Below, piece after piece: positions 14,301 to 25,916 of a stretch of DNA of 64,000 nucleotides. Position 1 is the stretch's first letter; every line of letters starts with the position of its first letter. The translations under genes and the position numbers were made by a program. The notes below the pieces were generated by a model. That model was not told where the DNA came from. It did no database searches and saw nothing but the letters and a program-made list of their open reading frames with translations. This DNA is from Eledone cirrhosa (Eukaryota): assembly GCA_964016885.1 (NCBI GenBank), contig OZ024746.1:27342001-27406000 (forward strand). The letters run 5' to 3'.

Positions 14301-14617
14301 GTACACACACAAACCAGAATAATAAATTTACTTCACATTTTTATTGACATCTCTGTTGTTGATACTTTCACCTTTCAACCATTTCTATATAAGAAAGCGA
14401 TGTTACATGTGTGTGTCGATGTTTATTATAATTATATAACTTTCTCTAGTATAAAATCGATAACGTTAATGTTCATCTGTGGCTGTTTTTATCATAGAAA
14501 TTGTATTCCATGAAAGCAACACACACAAACCTTATCAGATTTGCATGGCGCCAAACTGCTAAACGAAAGACGCCTATCAATAGCAAGTACAATTGGGGTA
14601 ATAAAGGAGGGGATTAT

Positions 14618-14830
14618 CGTGTGTAGTGTGTAGTGTGTAGTGTGTTGTGTGTAGTGTGTTGTGTGCAGTGTGTAGTGTGTAGTGTGTAGTGTGTTGAGTG
14701 TAGTGTGTTGTGTGTAGTGTGTAGTACGTAGTGTTTAGTGTGTAGTGTGTAGTATCTAGTGTGTAGTATCTAGTGCATAGTGTGTTGTGTTTAGTGTGTT
14801 GTGTGTGATGTGTAGTGTGTAGTGTTGTAT
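14618..14830. repeat. (GTGTA)n pentanucleotide repeat
   Basis: Direct inspection. Confidence 0.9.
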
Positions 14831-14837
14831 GTCGTGT

Positions 14838-15352
14838 GTAGTGGAGGGTGGAGTGGTAGGTGGAGTGGTAGTTGGAGTGGAAGGTGGAGTGGAAGGTGGA
14901 GTGGAGGGTGGAGTGGAGGGTGGAGTGGTAGGTGGAGTGGTAGTTGGAGTGGAAGGTGGAGTGGTGGCTGGAGTGCTAGATGGAGTGGTAGGTGGAGTGG
15001 TAGGTGGAGTGGTAGGTGGAGTGGAAGGTGGAGTGGTAGGTGGAGTGGTAGGTGGAGTGGTAGGTGGAGTGGTGGCTGGAGTGGTAGGTGGAGTGGAGGG
15101 TGGAGTGGTAGGTGGAGTGGTAGTTGGAGTGGTAGTTGGAGTGGAAGGTGGAGTGGTAGGTGGAGTGGAGGGTGGAGTGGAAGGTGGAGTGGTAGGTGGA
15201 GTGGTAGTTGAAGTGGAAGGTGGAGTGGTAGGTGGAGTGGTAGGTGGAGTGGTGGCTGGAGTGGTAGGTGGAGTGGTAGGTGGAGTGGTAGGTGGAGTGA
15301 TACGCCGAGTGGTAGGTGGAGTGGAGGGTGGAGTAGAGGCTGGAGTAGTGGG
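14838..15352. repeat. 12-bp G-rich minisatellite (GGTGGAGTGGTA)n
   Basis: Roughly 40 units; source of the GRWS/GGVV ORFs. Confidence 0.95.
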
Positions 15353-15544
15353 CGGATTTAGAATAATCTCTTGAGATTTATTGGTGCCAGAATATGTGAG
15401 AGAATAAGGGACTTATACAATTATAAATACACATACACAGACACAAACTCACGCACACACACACATATACATATATACATCATACATACACATATATATA
15501 TATGTGTATGTATGTATCTATGTATGTATATGAGTATGTATGTA

Positions 15545-15609
<65 letters not shown>

Positions 15610-15709
15610 GCATACGCATGCAGGTAGAGTCTATATATATAGGCATACATGCATACACGCACACATACATACATACATACATACATACATACATACATAC
15701 ATACATACA

Positions 15710-15740
<31 letters not shown>

Positions 15741-16402
15741 GTAAATCTTAGATCAACTGAAATGCCCACAATATCAGTGTTTGTCAGTAGTGATATCGTG
15801 AAGAAATTTATTTATACTATGCTTGGATTTGGTAGGATTTTCGGATTTAGTATTTGCAGAAGGTGAAATTTACGATGACCTTATCTTGAATGGCATTTTA
15901 ACACTGGATTTCAACAGTATTTGTATGATATATCTACTATGCAATGAAGAAATGACCTGCCTGTAATAGTTATTGACTCACTGTTCGTATTACGTAAAGT
16001 AATTTGTCAAATGCTTTTTTCCTCCCAAGAATGAACGAATCTCACTCAACACGTACAAAATTGATCAATAACAAGGGAATATCTAGGAGGTCATACAGCC
16101 TCTTCGGAAATAGCAGCCAACTCTGTTTTATGATATCCTATGATATTATCTTTAATATTAAACGGGAACTTTAGAAAATGTGGAGGTTAGATAACATAGA
16201 TGAACCCCCATATGAAAACAGCCGAGTGGTTAAGATGGTTGCTTTCGCATTTATGAGGTTCTAGGTGAGATCTACCTCTGTTACTTTCGAAAACGACAGC
16301 GATGACAACATCATGATGATGATGATGATGATGATAATGATAGTGGTGAGGTGATGATGATCGTGGCGGTGATGATAAGGATATTTATGACGATGATAGC
16401 AT

Positions 16403-16436
<34 letters not shown>

Positions 16437-16974
16437 AATGATGGCGCTGATGATGATTTTAAATGATGGTGGTAATATTTATATGATAACGACTACAACG
16501 ACGATGACCATGGTAATAATGGTAATAATGATGATGATGATGACGATGATGATGATGATGATGATGAGGATGAGGAGGATGAGGATGAGGAGGAGGATGA
16601 GGAGGGGGTGGAGAAGAATAAGGATGATTTCCATATATGCCACCAACAAAATATATACTTTTCATGGAAGATATGAATATATATGAAATATTAAATATAA
16701 ATGAAAAAAAAAAACTTTAGTTATTTCTCCAGGGATACACGAGTCTAATCATAACTTGTGATATGAATATTTAAAATATAATTTGAGTGAATATGAACAT
16801 TATAAATCTATTATATAAAATGTATTTTATAATTTAATGTCTTCTCTATAAATGCTAAATGGAAAATGTACGACATATAAAGAATATAAAGAATAATTAT
16901 TTCGAACAGAGACACAAGACCTGGAATTTAGAGGAGGTGTATCGTCGACTATGTTGACAGCAGTACTTGGGGAT

Positions 16975-17480
16975 AGTGATTACGGCCCATGATCAGAAGT
17001 TCATGGGTTCGATTCCTAAACCGAGCTGAGCGTTCTGTTCTTGGGCAAGGCATTTACTTTTGTGTTGTCTGCGATGTCATTAGGGTGAAGTTGTTTCGGT
17101 CATTTATTTTAATTTGGACAATGTCGGTGGAGTAGTCTGGGGAGACTGATATGTATAGATTACTGTACCTTGCCCAGATTTGCTTATTAGACAGGAACTT
17201 TTATGTGGAAACCTCATAGTCGGGGTCAGTAATAGAAACAGCTCAGCATTGAGTGTATTCTGCGCTCAATAATAAAGACAACTCAACATTGAATATATGT
17301 TGAGCTATGTAGTTGACACAGTTCGACATTGAGAGTATTCTGGGCTCAGTCGTAGACACAGCTCAACATTCAGTATATTCGGCTCAGTCGTAGACACAGC
17401 TCAACATCCAGTATATTCGGCTCAGTCGTAGACACATCACAACATCCAGTATATTCGGCTCAGTATATTCGGCTCTTTCA
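16975..17480 (+). repeat. Decayed SINE family 2-like head followed by ~39-41 bp tandem repeat (17230-17475)
   Basis: gggttcgattcc...ttcttgggcaaggcattt, then repeated ggctcagtcgtagacacagctcaacatccagtatattc. Confidence 0.65.
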
Positions 17481-17548
17481 GAAGATCCCGTTAAGGATGA
17501 AAGCAGCGATTCTTTGCTTAAACTTTAATCTGTTATTTTAATAAATAA

Positions 17549-17604
<56 letters not shown>

Positions 17605-17622
17605 CAATTAGTGGTGAAGGTG

Positions 17623-17742
<120 letters not shown>

Positions 17743-17766
17743 TATAGAGTGGGTGTAAAAGACCAA

Positions 17767-17930
17767 AGGTCATTATTGAAAGTCTCTGGATTTTGCAAAA
17801 TCCCCAATATTTTTTACTGGAGAAGGTAAGATATTTTTCCGCAAAAATTTGATTGCACTGTTTTGTTTCCACTTATGTATTTTTTGAAAATGTTATTTAT
17901 TTTTCGACTATTTTTAGACCTAGTCCGCCA

Positions 17931-17983
<53 letters not shown>

Positions 17984-18216
17984 GCCAATCATTTGTAAGT
18001 TTGAATCTAACTGACATGCAAAAACATATATATAGGAATAAGGTAAGCCCAAATCATAATAGATTCAAATATCACAGAGAGATAGAGAAAGAGAGAGAGA
18101 TAGATAGATAGATAGAGAGAGAGAGATAAATAGATAGATAGATAGATAGATAGATAGAAAGAGAGAGAGAGAGAGATAGATAGATAGATAGATAGAGAGA
18201 GAGAAAGAGAGAGAGA

Positions 18217-18281
<65 letters not shown>

Positions 18282-19002
18282 GCGCAACAGAAATGAAACA
18301 TGGATTACAGGTTGAAATATAGTCTAGATAGATGTGAAACAAAACGAGGATGTAGTTTTTGGAACACCCAAATGATTTAGAAGTCGACCTTAAGTAGGAG
18401 TATTAACATTAAGAAAGACATGAACGACACAACAACACTTTGATTTGAACATTTTGAAAGTAGCTTTATAAGTATGAATTTTCACAAGATTTTCGTAGTT
18501 GTCTCTGTGGCCTAGTGGTAGGTACTAGAGACGGTGGAGATCCTGCTCAGTTTTTATTTTACAACCCATAGAAAAAAAACTGAAAAGGTCTACCGGAAAC
18601 CCTACTCCCGACCAGGATCGAACTTCAGACCAGGATCACCCCCCGTCTATGATTCCTCCAACTAGGCCACCGAGACAGCTACAAAAGTACAATGTAAATA
18701 AACCTACTTTCAAAATCAAAGTTAAAAATATGTGGTGTCGTTCATGGCTTTCCTAGAGCTATTAGTAATATTTAGGGTCGACTTCTGGTCATTATTGAAA
18801 ATCTCTGGATTTCGCAAAATACATAATATCTTTTATTGGAGAAGGTAAGATATTTTTCCGTAAAAATTTGATTGCACTGCTGAATATTTCGGATTATTAT
18901 TTATTCCTTTTAAAAATTAAATGATAGCATTCTATATATAGGTGGGCCCCCTTCATTTCCTGGCAAACGATATTTTTAGACCCAGAGACCCAGTCCGCCA
19001 CT

Positions 19003-19003
<1 letters not shown>
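17767..19003. mobile_element. Foldback/MITE-like DNA element (18340-19003) plus duplicated right arm (17767-17932)
   Basis: Both pieces end agtccgccactg (reverse complement CAGTGGCGGACT, hAT-like terminus); 17767-17860 matches 18787-18880; imperfect inverted arms 18378-18525 and 18655-18786. Confidence 0.6.
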
Positions 19004-19073
<70 letters not shown>

Positions 19074-19577
19074 AGTATTTTGGCCCCTTTTGTTGACCCG
19101 TCACCGTATCATTTACGTACTTATACCTCTTAAAAGGGTCCTTGCCTTATCCGTCCCACCTAGTTCTCTTACTTATTTCCTTATTTATTTATTTATTTAT
19201 TTATTTACTTCTTTCTTTCTTTCTTTATTTTATTCTCGCCTAACAATAGCCTGGCACCTAGGTCGTTGAATTTAATTTACTTTACTTTTTCTTTTTCTTT
19301 ACACTTATTTGCTTTTCTTCACTCTCAGTATTTTTTCTTTCCTATTTCTACCCCCCATTGTTCTACCTACCGTTCCGACTTCCTCCCCCTCCCCCTCCCC
19401 TGTATCTTCTTTGACCTCATGCCCAGCTGTAGCTGGCACTACCAACGCTTGATTGGGTCTACTCCACCCCCTCCCCTCTTTCTCCTACTGGCAGGTTTAG
19501 TCACCATCTCCCCTACTAATTTGCAACCACAGAATTACTACTGATTTTTGACAATCACTTTGACCATATATGGAATT

Positions 19578-19671
19578 ACCCCTTGAGAAGATCGGCTATT
19601 TAAATACCAGGATAAATTTTCATTTAGTCCAGAATTAGCCGTCGAAACGGCTTGAGCTCAGCTGTCGGGGT
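19578..19671 (+). ncRNA. Type I hammerhead ribozyme, U3-A8 core variant
   Basis: acccc-TTGAGAA-gatcggcta...tagccgtc-GAAAC-ggcttgagctcagct-GTC-ggggt; stem I acccc/ggggt; at the 3' end of the 19065-19684 insert between (TA)n tracts. Confidence 0.7.
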
Positions 19672-19681
19672 CTTACTGGTT

Positions 19682-19730
<49 letters not shown>

Positions 19731-19861
19731 TATACAGAGAGGATACAAAAAAGAGACAAGGGAGAAATCAGGAGACAGTTAAGAGTAAGGTGAAAATTAA
19801 TTAAAAAAAATAAAACAGTTAGTATGCCCCATGCATATATGATGAATAGAAATAGAAGGCA

Positions 19862-19893
19862 TCTGACGTTTCGGATTAAACCCTTTATTAAAC
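19862..19893 (-). ncRNA. Degenerate minimal hammerhead motif (Penelope-like)
   Basis: Minus strand: tttaataa-aggg-tttaat-cc-GAAACGTC-aga; the core has lost G5; a short inverted copy lies at 20008-20023. Confidence 0.4.
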
Positions 19894-19910
19894 TATATAT
19901 ATATATACAT

Positions 19911-19996
<86 letters not shown>

Positions 19997-20018
19997 ATAT
20001 ATATACTTTAATAAAGGG

Positions 20019-20053
<35 letters not shown>

Positions 20054-20728
20054 ATCAGTGTTAGTGCACTTATTGTTTGAGATTGAGTCTAAACGTATTC
20101 GCCATAAGAGGTTTTTCTGCCAATATTGTTTATCTGTCACATTGTATTAAATGCTAATATTCAACAATCACCGTTCAAAATATACATATATGTACAATAT
20201 TTATCTGTAAGGAAGGAGACAAAACATAAACAGAGAAGTATGTACGTTTTATATGTTGAGAAACTATTTATTTTTATTTCTATCTAGCTGCCAATTTACT
20301 CGAACGTTTTACCGACTAGTCATAAAATTCTTCCAATGTAAAAGCATAATTATTTATTTTGTTGTGGAGGAAACAGGCATTCCCATTCGCTTACATTAAG
20401 AATTTACAAATCAAACTTAAATATGCTGAGTGGCAAACGAATAGGAACATAATTGATAATTTAAATGATTCCCCCACCTTCTCCTCAGTCTTTTATTATG
20501 TTAGGAATGCCTAAAAGGTTTGTAAAAGGGTTTGCGAAATATAATCATTTCTGCTGAGCACGCATTTATCGATTTTGCTGGTCGTGTTTCGATGCAAATA
20601 CAATAATTGAATTGAAGGTCACTGCTAGCGATATGAATAGCGAACGACGGCATTAAAACAAAATAACATACCAAATTGAGATGTCGACTAAATTGCTACA
20701 GAAGTACATCTCCCGAAATACCGAAATA

Positions 20729-20783
<55 letters not shown>

Positions 20784-20784
20784 A

Positions 20785-20876
<92 letters not shown>

Positions 20877-20989
20877 AATATGGGGAGAAGAATACTGCAT
20901 GGTTGCACATGGATAATATGTTATAAAATGAGTCCCTCATCAGTGATTTGCCAACGGTCATTGGTATTTCATTGCATATACATAAATAA

Positions 20990-21071
<82 letters not shown>

Positions 21072-21297
21072 ATATATATAAATACTGCAATTTAAATGTA
21101 TTCCTAACTTACACGTAGACATAAATAACTATAACATACCAGCGATTTACTTATTTTTTTCCATGATTAAATTTTATGATGTACCCACCATATATATATA
21201 TATATATATACATATATACATCTATCTCTCTCTCTCTCTATATATATATGTATGTGTGTGTATGTTTGCATACACGTGAATATGTATTTATATATGC

Positions 21298-21385
<88 letters not shown>

Positions 21386-21802
21386 TCCATACAAAGAGAT
21401 AGAGATAGAGAGCGAGGGAGATATTGATAGGTTGATGGATAAAGAAATATATAGATAGATAGATAGATAAATGGATGGAGGTATAGATACAAAACTTGTG
21501 TGTTTGCTACTCTTTAGCCATTGGCATATTAGATTTATCCGAAATCAGCGCTGAGATTGACACAATGGGTTGTATTCTATACACGAGAGAAAGAGTAGAA
21601 AGGAAAAAAAATGGTGAAGTTTATGTTGCCTAAAGTACTGAGTGAATAAATAAACAAGATAATATTCTTATGTTATTACGTACATTTATGTTTGGTGACG
21701 TCAAAGCGCCGTCTCCGAATATTCCAAAAATAAATAATAATTATTATAAAAACATGGAATATCTTCTCACTACTGTTCGTTTAATAGTCATTTGTCGGAT
21801 AA

Positions 21803-21997
21803 TAATTGTTTCTACTTTTGGCACAAGCCAGCAATTATCCAGTGTATTACTGGTACTTTATTTTATCGACCCCCGTAGGGATGAAAGGCAAAGTTAACCT
21901 CGGCGGGATTTGAACTCAGATCATAAAGGGCCGTAACTCTTTGCCGCAAAGCATGGCGTCAGACCCTCTACCGATACTGCCAATCCACTGCCCAATG

Positions 21998-22038
<41 letters not shown>

Positions 22039-22665
22039 TGTTTCTACTATTGGCACAAGGCCAGCAATTACCCCAGTACATTACTGGTACTTGAATTTAT
22101 CGACCCCGTAAGGAAAAAAGGCAAAGTTGACCTCGGCTGGATTTGAACTCAGAATGGAAAGGGCCGTAACTCTATGCGTCAAAGCATGACGTCCGACTTT
22201 CTACCGATACTGCCAATCCACCGCTCTCAATAATAATAATGATTTCTTATATAGGCACAAGGCCAGCAATTTGGGGAGAGAGGAAAGTCTATTAAATCGA
22301 CCCCAGTGCGTGACTGGTACTTTATTTTATCGACCCCGTAAGGATGAAAAGCAAAGTTAACCTCGACGGGATTTGAACTCAAACCGTAAAGGGACGTAAC
22401 TTTGCTAGAATGCATGGCATCCGACCCTCTACCGATACTGCCAATCCCCCGCCCATAGTATCTGAATAATATTAATAATTGTTTCTACTTTAGGCACAAG
22501 GCCAGCAATTACCCAGTGCATTACTGGTACTTTATTTTATCGACCCCGTAAGGATGAAAGGCAAAGTTAACCTCGGCGGGATTTGAACTCAGATCATAAA
22601 GGGGGGTAACTCTATGCTTCAAAGCATGGCGCCCGACCCTCTACCGATCCTGCCAATCCACCCCT
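21803..22665 (-). mobile_element. Head-to-tail array of four SINE family 1 copies
   Basis: Four full bodies with (AAT)n spacers; both short-tail and long-tail variants present. Confidence 0.9.
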
Positions 22666-22934
22666 GGAATAATAATAATAATAATATAGATAAAGGTGAT
22701 TGAAACCCGACATCCAATCTATACATACATAAAGCATGCATAGATACACCACAACCACCCACACGGCCACCTACAGACCAACAGTAATAATAATGATGAT
22801 AATGATGATTTCTTTATTCTTCATCAACATCATTCCCACCATCATCAACATCATTCCCACCATCATCAACGTAAAGAAAGAAGAAATATAATATGTGGTT
22901 TGGGGTAAAACAGTCTCAACTGGAATTAGGCCTT

Positions 22935-23260
22935 AAAGTCTGAGCTCAAGGTTTGGAACATCCGTTTGAGATCCGCTGTTTCCGACAACTAGGTATTTGA
23001 ACCACAGAACGTGCAAGTGGCTGAGCATTCCCCAGACACATAAACCCATCACCCAATTCTCGAGTAGATTCAAAATGAAGCAGTGTGTGACAAGGCTGCC
23101 TCTTTGAATTACAGGTACAACTCATTTTTGCCAGCTTAGTGAATGGGAGCAACGTGAAATAAAGTGCCTTGCTCAAGGACACAAGGTGACGCCGGGAATT
23201 GAACATAGGACCTTATGATCGTGTTCCAAGCATCCCAATCTCTAAGCCACACACCTTTAC
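22935..23260 (-). mobile_element. tRNA-derived SINE family 2 (CORE-like)
   Basis: Minus strand: gtgtggcttagagattgg...gttcaattcccggcgtc...gtccttgagcaaggcactttatttcacgttgctcc. Confidence 0.7.
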
Positions 23261-24059
23261 AAATAATGAGTACTATATGTTAATGAAAAGTGATTGATTT
23301 AATTCTTTGACTACGAACTTAAGAAGAAAAACAAACTAAATATCCAACACAACCGTAAAGATAAAAGTTTCTAGAAAATCTGCAGAAAATAGACTGTAAT
23401 TTGATAATTGAAGCCAGTGACGATCATGATTAATACGCAAGTATTATAAATGGAAATCGCTGTACAAATCTCTGAATGTGTAGGAAGTAATATTTGACAG
23501 CCATGATAATAACGAGAGAGGTGTATTAATGAAGAAAACTTATGAAAGCACGACTTTCATAAATGATTACCAGTGAGGAGATGAGTTCATGGAAAAGATG
23601 TGAAATAAGTATTAGTTTGAAGTGTTCATGGTTTTAGAACAACATCATAACTGTTGGGTTTGACTTGTAGTTGAAGTCGTACAAGATATTTCGCCATATG
23701 AAAAGAAAAGCCGAGAAGTATGAGATTTGATATGAAGGTGTATTCTTTGACAATGAAAGTCACTTGAAAATCCTGAAAGAATGCAACATTCACCCGAGGT
23801 TCTGCATGTCAGAGAAGCAAAACAAGTTAACAAAAGAACGCGACAACTTTTCTTTGGTTGGTTCGTATTCTTATCGTTGGCTGCTACATACATGTATGTA
23901 CTTTTATTTACAATGGATATTTTGAATTCAGGATTTAAAGAACCAGAAGATAAATCGTATATTGTAGTTTCACGTCGTATTTTTCTGGAAAAACGAGCCA
24001 CTGTAATAAAGGTAACAAGCTAAAAGAAATTAAATAGTTAGAAAAACGATTGATATAAC

Positions 24060-24500
24060 AGTAGGTTGTTCGGCTCAAGTCGATGGACTTGGGCAAGGAG
24101 AAAACTCCAGATGGATGACGTTTTGGGGAGGAAGGATTGGGTAGAGTGGTGTGTGCTGTTCTCTTGGGGGAGGGGGTAGGCAAAGAGTACCTGAAGGAAT
24201 GTGGTACGAAGTCAGCCAAGTCCCAGGAGCGATAGAAAAGAAATTGAGAGGAAACAGAACGTCTGTGGGAATGGGGCTGGAGTGTGTCTGTTGGTAACTT
24301 TATGAGAATTAAACGAGATGCATTTTTTGGATGTACTCTAGATGTGGAGTCAGTATTCCATTGTGGGAGGTACTTTAGCTTTAAAGAAAGGCAGATATTG
24401 TTGTGGGCTGAAGTATGTTCTGATTCTGAAGAAAAAGTTCAGCCTTTTAACTCGTTGCTTTCTATCCGAGGTCCATATCTGCAAAGCACTGTAAGATAAA
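24060..24500 (-). mobile_element. Decayed CR1-group LINE 3' region
   Basis: Minus-strand translation across frameshifts gives RLNFFFRIRTYFSPQQYLPFFKAKVPPTMEY...LQPHSHRRSVSSQFLFYR...LADFVP, resembling the post-RT region of CR1/Zenon-type ORF2. Confidence 0.55.
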
Positions 24501-25227
24501 CGCTAACAAGTCCGCCTTTATAGATTTTATTAATATGATATGCAATGGGAATCTTTCCAATTTCCTCAACAAATAATTAATAAACCAGTGCTACTAGAAG
24601 GAAGGAAGGTAATTGCTACTAGAAGGAAGGTAACTCCTGATCGAGTCATAGGGAGATATTAAACCTGACAGAATCAACCCCTCTTCAGGTCCACTACATG
24701 ATTTATTGTAAGGGCATGCCTACATGTAACTCGACAGAAAACCAAGACTAATTATGTTTGTTAGATGTCGTCTGATTTAATGTAGCCATGCACCACAGGC
24801 GGCGACGGCCATCAACAGCTTGCCAGTGGCCGGATCTCCGCCCACCTGAGGGCTTACACATCACACACCCTAATTCCACTACCTTGAGCTGGTTGCAGCG
24901 CATGGAGTATGTTATATGTCTCATAGGAAAGCAAGAAAGAAGAAAGAAAGAACTGTTAGGACACACTTCTTCGTGTTATTCAGTTGCTTTACAAACGTAT
25001 TGATAAAATTCAAGTAGGAATAAGGTTTGTCGACAAATATCATACAATTTTGCTAGTGACTGTCACAAACCATAAACAAATTTGCATAATATGAAGTAAA
25101 ACAGCAAAATTTATCAAAAGAGAATATGAAGCATATTGTTCTCATGTAAATATACTTTATATTGAATGAATACAAATGAATAAGTTTCTTTTTCTGCTGT
25201 GATTTTTACAGGCTCCAACACATATTG

Positions 25228-25265
<38 letters not shown>

Positions 25266-25594
25266 AAGTAATACTTATAGCAGATCTTACGCAATCTCAC
25301 TGAAATACCTTTCCGAACATCGAAGCGAGAACATCGTGAATGAGTTACGAACTTTTTAACTATTCACCCATTAGAAAATAGAATGTGGGTAAGAATATGG
25401 AAAATATATATCTACTATGTATGTTAAAACATCAACAGCATATATTTCTACTTTAAAACCACTCATTTTTTATTATCAAATATTTTGAGAGGCCATTAAC
25501 GTATCATAGTAGATGTAAATAGTAGATGTGTCAGTTACATAATTTTGACCATTCATATATTTATATAATGGTGAATAACATCATGTATGTATGT

Positions 25595-25916
25595 TATCTC
25601 TTTATCTTAATTTCGAGTATATTTTTTGACCGGCCACCTTCCTGGTACCAGCTATCGCAGCCATTTGGAGACTATGAATTAGGGAGCTGCGCTCTTTGTC
25701 CGCAAATCCAAGTTCAGTCATACTTTGGTTCAAGCGGGTTGGTATATAACCAGTAGCTCCAATAATGATGGGTATGAAGCTAAAGGTGTATTTTAGATAC
25801 TGGATTTGTAAACTCCTCATCAAGGGTACGTAGATGTCCTCCTTCTCCTGTATTTTTCTGACAACGTTTACATCAAGTGGGCAGCTGATCTCCACAACAG
25901 AACACGTTTTCAATGT
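25595..25916 (-). mobile_element. RLE non-LTR retrotransposon family B, 3' fragment
   Basis: TCSVVEISCPLDVNVVRKIQEKEDIYVPL...IIIGATG; matches 53411-53766; (CATA)n at the 3' end. Confidence 0.85.

Noticed and set aside
14822-15374. GRWS or GGVV structural protein
   Set aside because: Pure 12-bp DNA repeat with no credible start or splice context.
16351-16686. Poly-Met or poly-His ORF
   Set aside because: (GAT)n/(GAG)n microsatellite.
20925-20950. CTGATGAG on the minus strand as a hammerhead
   Set aside because: No matching GAAA/stem III half downstream.
23400-24023. ORFs 23645-24001 and 23781-24023 as a gene or transposase
   Set aside because: No recognisable motif; cannot support a call.
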